Below, piece after piece: positions 52,538-64,000 of a DNA stretch of 64,000 nucleotides; the first letter of the stretch is position 1, and every line of letters starts with the position of its first letter. Origin of the DNA: Camelus ferus (Eukaryota); contig NC_045696.1 of the NCBI RefSeq assembly GCF_009834535.1, positions 19,470,001-19,534,000 of the forward strand. The letters are read 5' to 3'. Position numbers and translations under genes: made by a program. The notes beneath the pieces are model-generated. The model had not been told where the DNA came from and did no database searches. It worked only from the letters and a program-made list of their open reading frames with translations.

Positions 52538-52725
52538 CTCTAATATCATTTTTCTCCCTGCACTATAAGTCTTTAAATTAGTGGTGTTTTTAGCTGGCAA
52601 AACTAATTTCTCTCTTCTCCAGTGGACTGATGCTGGTGGATTAGATTTCACATCACAGCTTATATTGATTGGATTTCCTTCCCAAGAGTAATAAATTGTT
52701 TGGTTTGATACGAACTTGGGAGCAT
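52538..52725 (-). CDS. NCAM2: NCAM2 coding exon (probably exon 10), first half of Ig5, 188 nt, phase 1 to 0
   Basis: Acceptor tgctttacag|ATGCTCCCAAG, donor GAG|gtaagt; encodes [62 protein letters not shown] (within ORF 52478..52780). Exon number inferred from recalled human structure. Confidence 0.96.
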
Positions 52726-53849
52726 CTGTAAAGCAATATAATATAACATTATAGACCTTTTCTTTAAGGTAAATAGTCACTTAATTAGTGAAAACAATAG
52801 TAATTATTGTTTGACTACAAAAAGAAACCACAGCAATTCTAATTTCATATATTTAATATGTGATATCAGAACTCATAAAAATATACTATTTGACTGTTTC
52901 ATTAAAGCATTTTAATATTAATATAAAAACATTCAAAGTTGGTCAATTATTAAACTAGTTTAATAGTTGTTTGCTTTTAATAATCTGACAAAAATTTCTA
53001 TCTAGTAAATTAATGGCTCTCTATGTAAGTGGAATATATTTCTGAAAACAAGCCACATTATAAAGTGATAATTCAAGATAAAAGTTAATAAAATCAGTGA
53101 TCTTGCATCATTTTTTAAATCTTATCTTAGTTATATAATTCCTTCTATAAAATATTTTAAGGCAGATATAAAATCTCAATTGAAATAGCAATACCACAAC
53201 TAAACAACAAATATTGCACTGAAATATCATTTCTAGTTTTTAATTACTAGACATGATTTAATTTAATCAATAAGTTAATTTAAATACTGAGTTCCTATAA
53301 TGCTCTGTGAATCTTCAGGCATCTGGATCAGACCTCTTTAGTGAAAAGTAAGAAAAAGTAGAAAACACATTATATAATTTTATTGAAATAATCTTATTGT
53401 GAAGACACACAGACATGGTTTTTCGTCTTGTTCCATGCTAGGACACAGACCGAATGCCAATCAATCATAACGTCAAGTCTCAGTATCTTGACTGTATAAT
53501 TGAGAGGATTCATTTAAAAAAATTTACACAAAAGTATAACCCCAAATTAAGTGGTAGCTAAAATGTTGCTGATACTTATACTGATTATTGTCATTAGTAA
53601 TATTAGAACTCAATATCCCTCATAAATTATCATTTCAAATTGTCTAAATTAAACGTTTTCTTTTACTACTCAAATTACTTAAAAATGACTTCCTCCCAGT
53701 TTTGTTACATCAACAGATTATATATCAGATATATAAGAATTATAATCCCCAGTACAAATGCATAAATGGTTATTTAAATATTCTTGTCCTATATATGCTT
53801 TACTGTATGTTTTTAATGCCAATCTCACACAGAAGTATAAAGTGTTTAT

Positions 53850-54050
53850 TGAATGCTTCCTATACAACCATAAGCTTATGTATTTTATTCTATGTATCTT
53901 TTTAATAACCTTGTGAGGAAGATGTTATTCTGTTATAAGCATGAAGGATCTGGAGTAAGAGCTGTCAAGCTTATTGTAGTACTAAGTTGTAGGTCTGGAA
54001 TATGAATCTGTGCAATTTTAACCAGAGTCCATTGTATTTCTGTTCAACCC
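53850..54050 (-). mobile_element. MIR fragment
   Basis: taataaccttgtgaggaagatgttattc...ataagcatgaaggatctggag...ctggaatatgaatctg. Confidence 0.55.
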
Positions 54051-54639
54051 AGCAACAAAATTATAATATTCAGTACTCGCAACATTTTAGTGATGTGGAC
54101 TTCATCACACATTTTGAGAGGAATATAATTGGGACAATTCCTTAGGAGCATAAAAAGCCTTTAAAAAAAACTTCATAATCTTCATTCTACAGACCTGTCT
54201 TAGAAATCTTTCCAGAGAAAATAAGTAGAAATATTATCAAATGTTAATAGAAAGGACTTTCAGTGCATTGTCATACTAATAACAAAAACTCAGAATAACT
54301 TAATGTCCCCAAAAGGGAACTGGCTGGATAGTGACACCTATTGGCAGAGGTACTGAATATTACACAGACATAGTCGCATCTGGTTTTCCCTCAGCTTGCA
54401 ACGTGCCCGCCCTTACCTTCACCTGACTGCCTCCAAAACTAGGCTCCACAGTAACCAAGCACAGCCTTTCCACAACTTTCAATGGTCAGTAAGGTTCCCT
54501 ACTTTGTGCTCCCTCAGATTCTATGCTCTCTTTCAGCATAGTCATAGGAATTGGAAGGATCCATATGATTGCTTCTCTACCAAATCTGAATCTTATGTGT
54601 TAATGGATAAAGAAAATGATACCATATTTATTTTCTTTA

Positions 54640-55153
54640 TCCATATATATATGAATATGCACAATGAAATATGACTCAGCCATAAAGAAGAATGAAATCC
54701 TGCCATCAGCCATTTGCAACAACATGGATAAAACGAGAGAGTATTATGTATGCTAAGTGAATTAAGTCAGGCAGAGAAAGACAAATATCATATGATTTCA
54801 CTTAGATATGAAATCTAAAAAAAACCAAAACCAAATAAATATAAAACAGAAATCAACTCATTGATAAAGATAACAAACTGCTCTTTGCCAGAGAGAAGGG
54901 GTTTGGGGTAGTGGGCAAAATAGAGAAAAGAGATTAAGAGATACAAAGTTCCAGTTATAAAATGAATTAAGTCAAAGGATGTAATACATCAAGACCTGAA
55001 GAACACAGTCAATAATATAGTAACGACTTTGTATGGTGATAACAAGACATCCTGGTGATCACTTTTTAATGTATAAAAATATCAAATCACTATGTTCTAA
55101 ACCTGAAAACTTATATAATTGTGAGTCAATTATACTTTAATTAAAAAAAAAAA
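54640..55153 (+). mobile_element. L1 3' end (ORF2 tail, 3' UTR, poly(A))
   Basis: cacaatgaaatatgactcagccataaagaagaatgaaatcctgcca...gtcaggcagagaaagacaaatatcatatgatttcac...gtcaattatactttaattaaaaaaaaaaa. Confidence 0.9.
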
Positions 55154-58100
55154 GGTTTGTCTCGGTCATAAGCGTGTATCTGAAGATACTTTGTGCAAGA
55201 TTTGTCTTGGTCACAAGCATATACTTGAATAACATAAGGTGCTTACTTGGTTCTCAGAACCATATGTCACATTTACTGGACATTAAATTGTCATTTAGTT
55301 TTTAATTCAATGGTTCAGTTAAATTGAACAGAATGTATTTTCAAGGAGAAAAGACAAAAAAAAGCTTTTTCAAAGCCGGTAAGATTAAGTGAAAAAAATC
55401 TAAGAACATAGAACAAACTAGGGGTGCAACTGTAAGGAAAGCCAAACTTCCTGATATTCAAAGTCAAAAGCTAAGGTACGTCTGCATCCATCTCTAGTTC
55501 TAGCTCTATCTATAAAATTTTTATTACTGCTTACTATATATGAAATATAAATTCTTTAGCATTATAATATTTTAGAGAGAGGTTTATGAATAATGTATTT
55601 GCATGTAAATATAGCCCAATATGAAAATCATACATGTTGATGTAATGATTAATTCCTGACTCACAGTATACTCTGTCCACAATACAGCATCTGTGTGTAT
55701 ATGTGTATTATTTATAATGTAACCATAAACTTAGGGCATGATTTGGCTTTTTTATAAAAGCAAGCAATTGCCACTAATTGCTTGCCTGATGATCTCAGTG
55801 GGAATTTAATTTGGAATTACTGATGCTGAATGCCAACGTGCTACAGGCAATACGTGCTATACTAAAAGCCACATTAAAAAATGTATTTGTGGTGTCAGAT
55901 GGGAAAATGTTGACAACTCTCATCTACAATAAAACAGAAACCAAATTCCTGTACACTGTACGCTCTGTAAATATCAAAACAGTAGCAAGGCAGCAATATC
56001 CACTGGCACAAGACTGGCATGTTAATGAAATTGAACAATTGGTTTTGGGCTGCTTGTTAGAAAAAGGATGTGACTCTGGCAGAGGCAGCACACGAAGACT
56101 TCAGGCTAAAAAAATGCAGCCATATCTCATGTTGATAAATCAGAAATTTTAATTTTCAGAAAATTAGGCCTTTTCAGAAAAGTAGGGCTTTCACATCATG
56201 AAAGCCTTCAAAGGCTGTATGGAGGAAATAAATTTTGGCATCACCTGGAAATAAGTGAGTGTACAAATATGTACCTTTTTTTTTTTAAGATTTTGCATAT
56301 AAATGGTATCATAGGATATTTGCCTTTCTCTGAGTCACTACATTTAATATGATAATCTATTTTGAATTTTGAATTAGTAAGAAATATTAAAATAGTGTAT
56401 AAAATAAATCTGGTTACTGCTTATATAGATAAGATTTGTATTTCAAAGGTAATTTTAAAATAGCGCTGTCTTGCCTCCTTGTGATTAAGAATCTATGAAT
56501 ATGCTAAATCAGCACTTTGCTCTTGATCATCACAAGTGAATTCTTGCATTAAGAAAAAAATTGCCTGAAGTAATGCAAGATATCATTTGACATCTCAATA
56601 AAGAATAAATTTAATCCTCAAATGGGCATATTTACTAATATGTTAAAATATAATTGCCTTTTAAAACACTTCTTAATTATATTTTTTATTTAAAATGCAT
56701 TTGCTATATAATTTTCACATCAGGAAAATTCACAGAAATTTCCCAAGTACAGCTCAATATTCAGCTTCCTATTAGGACATTGACGAATAAATTAGGTTGT
56801 TATCTGTTTCCAAATCACCGTTGAAACATTAAGACGTGAAACTATATCACATTGCTTCCCTCATTGTTAACTCTAACATACGCTGGGCATATTTTGGATA
56901 TTGTGTTTTTATATCTGAACCTGATAAATGTAGATTAATAAGTATTTTGTTAAGTTATATTCACATATATTTTTCTTGAGTATATATACTGTCTCTAATA
57001 AAAGATTATTCTGGAATATATGAAGACTAAAGGGAATTGTTAATAAAAATATAAATAGGACATAACAAAAATACTAAACATAAATGCAAAAATGTCTTCT
57101 ATATTCTAAAAATATCAAACATAAATACTGGTATCTTTCTCATTCTGTACTTTTTTCAACAAAGACATTCCAATTTTGATCTTTCCAGAAATATATATTA
57201 TATATATATAAATAAACACACACAAACACATGTATATGCATATATGTATATACTTGAATTCATTCTACAGTGGACACATATATGCATCGTTTCAGAGAAA
57301 TTTCAAGTTATCTGTTTTACTTGTTCGGAGGCATTAACTATTTGGAATTAAATTTTAAGTACCTTAATTTTTATTTTTTAAAAGCACAGAAAGTAATATG
57401 CTTAAAAGTTAAAAAAAGTGTTATTTTTTACTCATATTTTCAAGGAAGCAAAACTCATTTTCAATTCTGACAGTATAGTGGTATCATATATTGTACTTGA
57501 TCCCTTAAACAATGTCCTTATTTTATCTGAATTCTAAACTGAATCCATGTTACCATGAAAAGGATGATACAATTCTGTTTTTTCTACATACCTTACTCCT
57601 ACAATAAATTGTTTAAAAATTAAATATATTCTCTAAAAGATTGGGATTGATTTAGCATTTTGTTGATTTTTTGGTTATATTTGGTTTGATACTTAAACCG
57701 TTTATCTATTTTTCCATTATTGCATCATCAATTTCAAACACTGCCATCATAAGTTACCTTGGGAAACAAAATATTACATTTTTCTAAATATTAATGATTG
57801 AACTGATTGCACATCTCTGGTTAAAATAATATCAAAGTTTACGTTTACTGACACGAATCCATTTGCAAATGCTGGATGTAATTGCTTAGTATAAAAGTTT
57901 TGCCACCCTTGCTATTCATCAACATTATATTTTGAGCTCATAAGAGGAAAAGAATCAGATGTCTAAGGCTTCCTCTTAAACATTCTGATGTGCACCTCTG
58001 GGAAGGGCAGCCACTGCACTAATTATCCAAAGTTATTACTGTGTGTCTCCTTAAGCTAAGCGCTGTTTAAACGTGGGGGATTCATGTCAACAGGAAATCC

Positions 58101-60289
58101 TTTGTAGTGGATCAGGCCGATGCAAAAGTAAATACTTCTACTGCAAGGCAATACATGGTACAATTGAAGTGGAATGGGTAAGGTTCCTGCCTCAAAAGGT
58201 ATCAGCACTGACCCTAATTAGGATGTGCAGGGAAAGCTTCCCAAAAGAGGGTGGACTTTAACCTCTTAACATTTGTGAGCACGTAAACTATGTTAAGCAC
58301 AGTGATAATTGCTTCCCATGGATTGTCCCAAGTCTTACAATAAGAATCTGGACACACACACATACACACACACACACAATAGTGGACAAACTACACTGGA
58401 AAACAGAATTTTGCAGTTGCTGTTTATAAGTAAAATATTGTACTGGAAATTGCTTTAGGTCTGCCATTAGATTTAAGTTCCAACTCAGCCAGATAGCAAT
58501 GATATGATCTTTGTTTCTTGCTTATTAATTTGGATTTTTTATTTTCTTTTCCTTCTTTATAGAATTATTGAATTGAGCTGGTTTTCTTTATCTCTAAGAC
58601 TTCACTAACAGAGAAAGCATGAGTCTGGCACAAGTTTTTAAAAATATAAAGAGGGTTATAATATTTACCATATAAAAAGAGGCAGCAGATCATATAAAAG
58701 GTGACATTTACTTTTGGCTAAAACTATATAAAACCCTTGAGTAATACTAATTATTTCATGTGTTTAAAAGCCTCTTGTTGGTAGTTTACCATATACACAT
58801 ACATATACTTACATGACTATATATATGTATTGAATATATTGAATATATATATACCTATTCATGAATATATAATGAAAATGAAGAATAATCTCTCTTTAAT
58901 AAATGTCATTTTACTAAGTTAATATCTTTAAAACCAGAGAATTCACAAGAAAAAATAATGTAAGAGGTCCTAGTTGGTGAAAAATATTGGAAAGTATATT
59001 ATCTTCAGGCTTCCATGTCTAGTTAATGGTTACATGATTAATAAAAATGTATATATTACTGCATAGACTGTAAGAAGGGGATTTTTTAAACTGGATGTAA
59101 AGTGACTACAGACTTTAAAAATCAAGGAACTATGTTCTCTTAGCTATTATCACAGTGGACAGATCTCTAAGGAAATATTATTTAGATTTAATTAAATGGC
59201 AGCTGTTACAGGCAGAAGGCTGAGCTAGACCATTTCAACTGTACTTACACACATGACCTTGACTGAATTTCTGGTTTAAAGTGGCCAGCCTAAGAGGAAA
59301 GAGAAAGGCTTGCCAGGATCTGATTTTGTCACTTCTTCAATGTTGGGTCCAGGAAAAATATACTTCCAAGCATAGCAGGAGACATCAAAGAAACTTTAAG
59401 GACTTCCTTCAACTTAATGCAAAGTTGCTCCTGTCCTGATATTTAATTCTTTTCCTTTGGTTTGTTTCCTTTCCTTCCTTCCTTCCTGCCTTCCTGTCAT
59501 TTTACAAGACTTCCTGACTTGATTAAAAGCTTTTTACTTTCTCTTGTCATTTGCTCTAAGGCTCTGAAGTCCTTTTCTTTTTTTTTTTTTTTTTCCTGAA
59601 CATGATTTATTGGTGGTTGGTTCCTGTGACCTGAGTATAGTCTCACTTCTTGTTGAGGGCTGGCCTGGATTCCTGAATTCTGAGTACTTGTGAGAAGACT
59701 GGAGCTGATCACAAAACACAGCACAAGCTGTGGGAACTGACGTAGAAAAATCTTTGACTTGAATTTTTACAGGTTCATGATTAATACAATCAGGCAACTC
59801 ACTATTCAACCTCACTATACAAAGTACTATCCATTTTGTGAATAAAATTGAAAAGCCTTGTTAGGGTAAGCTTCACAATCAATGAAAAATAAATTTAAGT
59901 CTTTTAAACTGATACTGATAACACAGTATGTATTGCCCTTGTAAACAGTATTGGTATTATAGTATATTTGTCTTGCTTGCATGCTCTCCAAATTATTTAC
60001 ATACTGTGGTGAAGTACTATTCTTTCTTCTAGTCATCATATTCTATGATATAAACTTTTCAAATTTTCCTTTAATATTAGATCTTAAGAACCACAAATAC
60101 TAGCAACAATAATTTTATTGTATAATAGAATATTCAATTTTAAAAGCTTTGGCATTCATTCCTCACCATAAATCACAGTATAGAAAGATACCGTTTGCTT
60201 CTGTCTATTACCTCCTCATCAAAGCCATAATCACTACCTGGCCAATTTTAGAAGTGCTGTCCTTACCAGCTTACTGGCCTACCAGTTTC

Positions 60290-60695
60290 TATTTTAAGAT
60301 AATGTTATTATCCTGTTTAAACTTTTCCCAAAATTCTCTTCACACCTCTTAAATCGAAAACTTTTATGATGATTTATGAAGTTTGAAATTAGCTAGCCTA
60401 TGTCTATTCCCGTGACCTTGACTCCAGGTTAACTCTGTTCCTTAAACCCTAACCATCCCTAACTCTCTCCTGCTCTCAGCCTTTTGCACTTGCTGTCTCA
60501 TCTGTCGAACTACTTTTTTTTTTTTTACATATTTCATATGAATATAGTTGTGTGTGCTCCATCCCCCTAATTAAAACATAAATTCCATGAGAGCAAAGGT
60601 GATGCTGCCTTTCTCACAGTTCTGTACAGCGCCTGACTTTATATTTGACACTCAGTAGATACTCAGTAAACGAGAGTTAATTGAAATGAATGAAA
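60290..60695 (+). mobile_element. L2 3' end
   Basis: ctctcagccttttgcacttgctg...taaattccatgagagcaaagg...cagtagatactcagtaaa...gaaatgaatgaa. Confidence 0.7.
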
Positions 60696-63600
60696 ACATA
60701 GGAAAGTATGTATTCTAGATAATATCACTCTACTTAACAGAGGAAGCAAAGTGTAGAGATGTTTGCTTGAATTTCCTAAAATCACAGAACCTGGTACTTC
60801 AATCCTGTATTAAACTCCATAATCATGCATTGTCTTCCACAGACTCCTATTGCCTATTTTGTGAAGAAGCCAACCCCTTAACTGGCTAAGAATTAACTGT
60901 ACATTTTTTAAAATATATCTAAAACACCTCGACTCTTTTTTCAGTCATTAAGTTTTCTCATTTGATTTATGCGGAGGGCAACTACCAAGGGAATATAAAC
61001 TAATATATCCTTTGGCACATTTAGAGGGTAATTCAATTAATAATTTCATAGATTTAGTTCTGCTGTATGTTCACTCATATGCAGAATCAGCTACGGCAAT
61101 TAACTGAATTCAGTCCATGTGTCATGGGAATTCTAATGGCTACATGGAATATGAAATTAGATGTGTGCTTACTGCCAACTAACCATACACTAGGTGTGCA
61201 TTTCCTGTACTAAACTTGAACAGCCAAGTTATGAATAAAAGCTCAGCATATTTTATAGCCCTGAAGTCATAAGCATCATTTATATTAATATATTCCTATA
61301 TGTGACTTCAAAGCATATGCTGAGTTTCTACTTTAATTTGACTGTTATTAGTGCCTTAAGTATTACTGATCACAAGAAAAGTTTGATCATAAGTAAGGTG
61401 AATTATTCCTCTTTCTATTATTCTTCTTTGCCTTGTCCTAATCTCTCTCCTCCTTAAATCATTCATTCAAATACTAATAAAAGTATTGCACCACCTATGG
61501 CTATTCTGTTCTCTGTTGTTGCTTTATATAATTGAATTTTCCAGAAAAGGCTACAGTATTTTAAAGACTGTATTATGATGGTGATGATGATGATGATAAT
61601 GCAGAATTTCACATACAAATTCAGGATACAAAGCTTAAGCGAATCTCTTTCACAAAAATTTCCGAGTTATCAAAAGAAGAGTGGCTGCTCATACAGATAA
61701 AGCAGTGTGAAAGTTGTTTTACAAATAACAATAATGTTATTTTCTTCAGAATTTGATTTAGTAGTAGTACATTCTGTAACACATGTAATTTGTGCTTATT
61801 GATGTCAAACAGCTTTAAAGTTTGCCCCATTATTAAAATTGAAAGGAAAACTATCATAAAATGCAAATTGCTTATCTAGTGATTTAACTTGATGTCTAGA
61901 TCATTCATTTTATATGTGGTAAAAATAGCTCCACAAATTTAATTAATTCCTTAAACTCCCCAGCTCTATCAAACCCTGATGACTTAAAAAAAATCAAAAG
62001 CAAATTAAAACCTTTTCACTAGTATATCTTCAAGTCCTTGGCTGCACATCTAGAATGTTGCTTATTTTATGCATAATGGAGTGGCTGGGTCATAACAATG
62101 GAACACAAACAAGAAAAACTCAGTATTATTGCCTGCATCATCACTATCATCATCATCACAGTAGTATAAACAATGCTGGAGACAATGATGATGATAATAG
62201 CTAATGTGATGCTTATGACTGGCCATCAATATTTTAAGCATGTTATATAATTAACAAATTTAATAGCAATTACATTACCTTAGATAATATTATTGACACC
62301 ATTTTACCTTTATATTTATCCCCTTTGAGCTGAAAGACTGAAATGTAGGAATTACGTAAACTTTTTCTACATCCTTTTAAGTCTCTTAATTGAAAACTGA
62401 ACATTGGTAACAAATTGTCACATATTTGCAACTTTCAAATAACCAAAGTATTATTTAATTGGATTTAGATAATTTCTTTCTCCTTAACTACTGTTTATGT
62501 TGACATATATTGTATATATTTAATGTGTACTTAGTTAGAATAATTTTTTAGTTAAATAGGTGATAAATTATCATCAAAATTTAATGCTTTTTACATAATA
62601 GGGCAAAATAATTTGAGCCAAGTAGAATAAATAAAGCAATTCAAGTTATGACTAGAAATGAATCACATGTGATACATTTTGGAGCATCGCATCATAGTAA
62701 ATGAAAACCAAAAAATGTACAGCCTCTCTTAAAATGATAGTTTATTGACATGGGTTTCCCCTTTTAGACAGTATTTTTTAAGCTAAAAAATGTGTACTCT
62801 TTATTTTTGTTTCCCTAGGGTGAATATACTTTAAGCACTAATAACTATCAATTTAATGAAAGAATACGGCAATAAATATAAAGCAGCTGGTACTATACTA
62901 TTATGTACAACATTTATGTTACAAATATTTGATAGTTTTATAATAATATTAATGGATTTAATATTATCGGTTAATTTAAAAGTATAATTAAAAGAAGCAA
63001 GAACCCATTGAAAATCGTAGTCTGAATGTGAAACATCATACCTAACAAAATTAATCAAGGAAGCAATTTTTAACCTTTTATGTTTATTTAAAATTTTTTT
63101 TATTGTCAATTTGATTAAATAGGTAACTACACAGTTTCTCAGACACCTATAATTCTAATTCAGCCAAGTGAACAAATCTGTGATAGTGCCTTTGATTTTG
63201 ATTTTCCAAAATAAAACTCTAAATTTAGGAAGAAACAAAATACAGATTTTAGGATATCGATTACATGCAAAAATATCTTTGGGATTTCCCAGAGAGCTTC
63301 TGAAAAATCACAGATATGTGTATCTTCTTCTCCTCAGAAAAAGAGAGATGTTAGAAATAAGCTTGTCTCTGTGGATATAACTTCACAGTGGAAAAGTTTT
63401 TACTCATTCTAGAAAAGAATATCTAATTGTGCCAAACCAAAAAAAATTAAATAAAATTTTAAAATAAATGTGCAAATATCCAAATAACATTGTTATCTTG
63501 GTTTATTAAGATATGATCTGGAATTTTTACATATCTAATTCTTATTATTAGGTAAAAACTAAAATAAAGATCTTTTTTAAATAATTAAAATAAGCAATTA

Positions 63601-64000
63601 TAATGAGAAATATTGCACAGGGCAAGAAAAATTTTTAAATCAATTATTTTAGCATTGATGACCCAGAGTATTGGTAACAAAAATTAACCATAGTAAGAAG
63701 TTTGAGAAAATCACACACACATACAAATTAATGCATCAAAAAATAGGATGTATTTTATGGTATTAGACTGCCTGCATTGATAATTGCTCTTATAATCACA
63801 GGAGACTTTTCAGCAGGCCCAAGAAAAATCAAAATTTCCTAAACATGATTATCATTGAATTATTTGTATCTATAGGAACTCTCTGAAATCTTGCTATTTA
63901 TGAAGCATTCTGAGATACCAACAGTTATAAAAATCCAACAGAAGATTTTTTTCTCTATTACTGCTCAGCTGTATAATCTCTGTGACACATATTTAATTAT

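Larger units (their letters stand above)
1..64000 (-). other. NCAM2: Internal part of the NCAM2 gene (5 coding exons plus introns; continues beyond both window ends)
   Basis: Five minus-strand exons splice in frame to (Y)[32 protein letters not shown]...[54 protein letters not shown]...[86 protein letters not shown], recognised as NCAM2 Ig5-FnIII1-FnIII2. No start or stop exon in the window. Confidence 0.97.

Noticed and set aside
56153..56188. 18-bp tandem duplication ttttcagaaaattaggcc / ttttcagaaaagtagggc
   Set aside because: Ordinary slippage duplication with no further structure.

Overview
AT-rich, CpG-depleted mammalian genomic DNA lying entirely inside a large gene on the minus strand: NCAM2 (neural cell adhesion molecule 2 / OCAM). 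Five internal coding exons are present (52538-52725, 48211-48307, 32954-33127, 5131-5250, 2993-3114; 188, 97, 174, 120 and 122 nt). All have GT-AG boundaries and splice into one open frame encoding Ig5, FnIII-1 and the start of FnIII-2. The rest is intron filled with L1, L2, MIR, CR1/L3, MaLR/ERVL remnants, microsatellites and four tRNA-Ala(AGC)-derived SINEs that resemble the camelid vic-1 family, which suggests a camel/alpaca/llama genome (inference). I found no prokaryote-type system and no new protein-coding gene. The most unusual structure is a 77-bp-arm, 90%-identical inverted repeat at 30188-30376 that I cannot assign to a repeat family. It sits almost concentrically between two oppositely oriented L1 3' ends, predicting a nested dsRNA domain in the NCAM2 pre-mRNA. 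Boundaries and subfamily names of old repeats are by-eye estimates.
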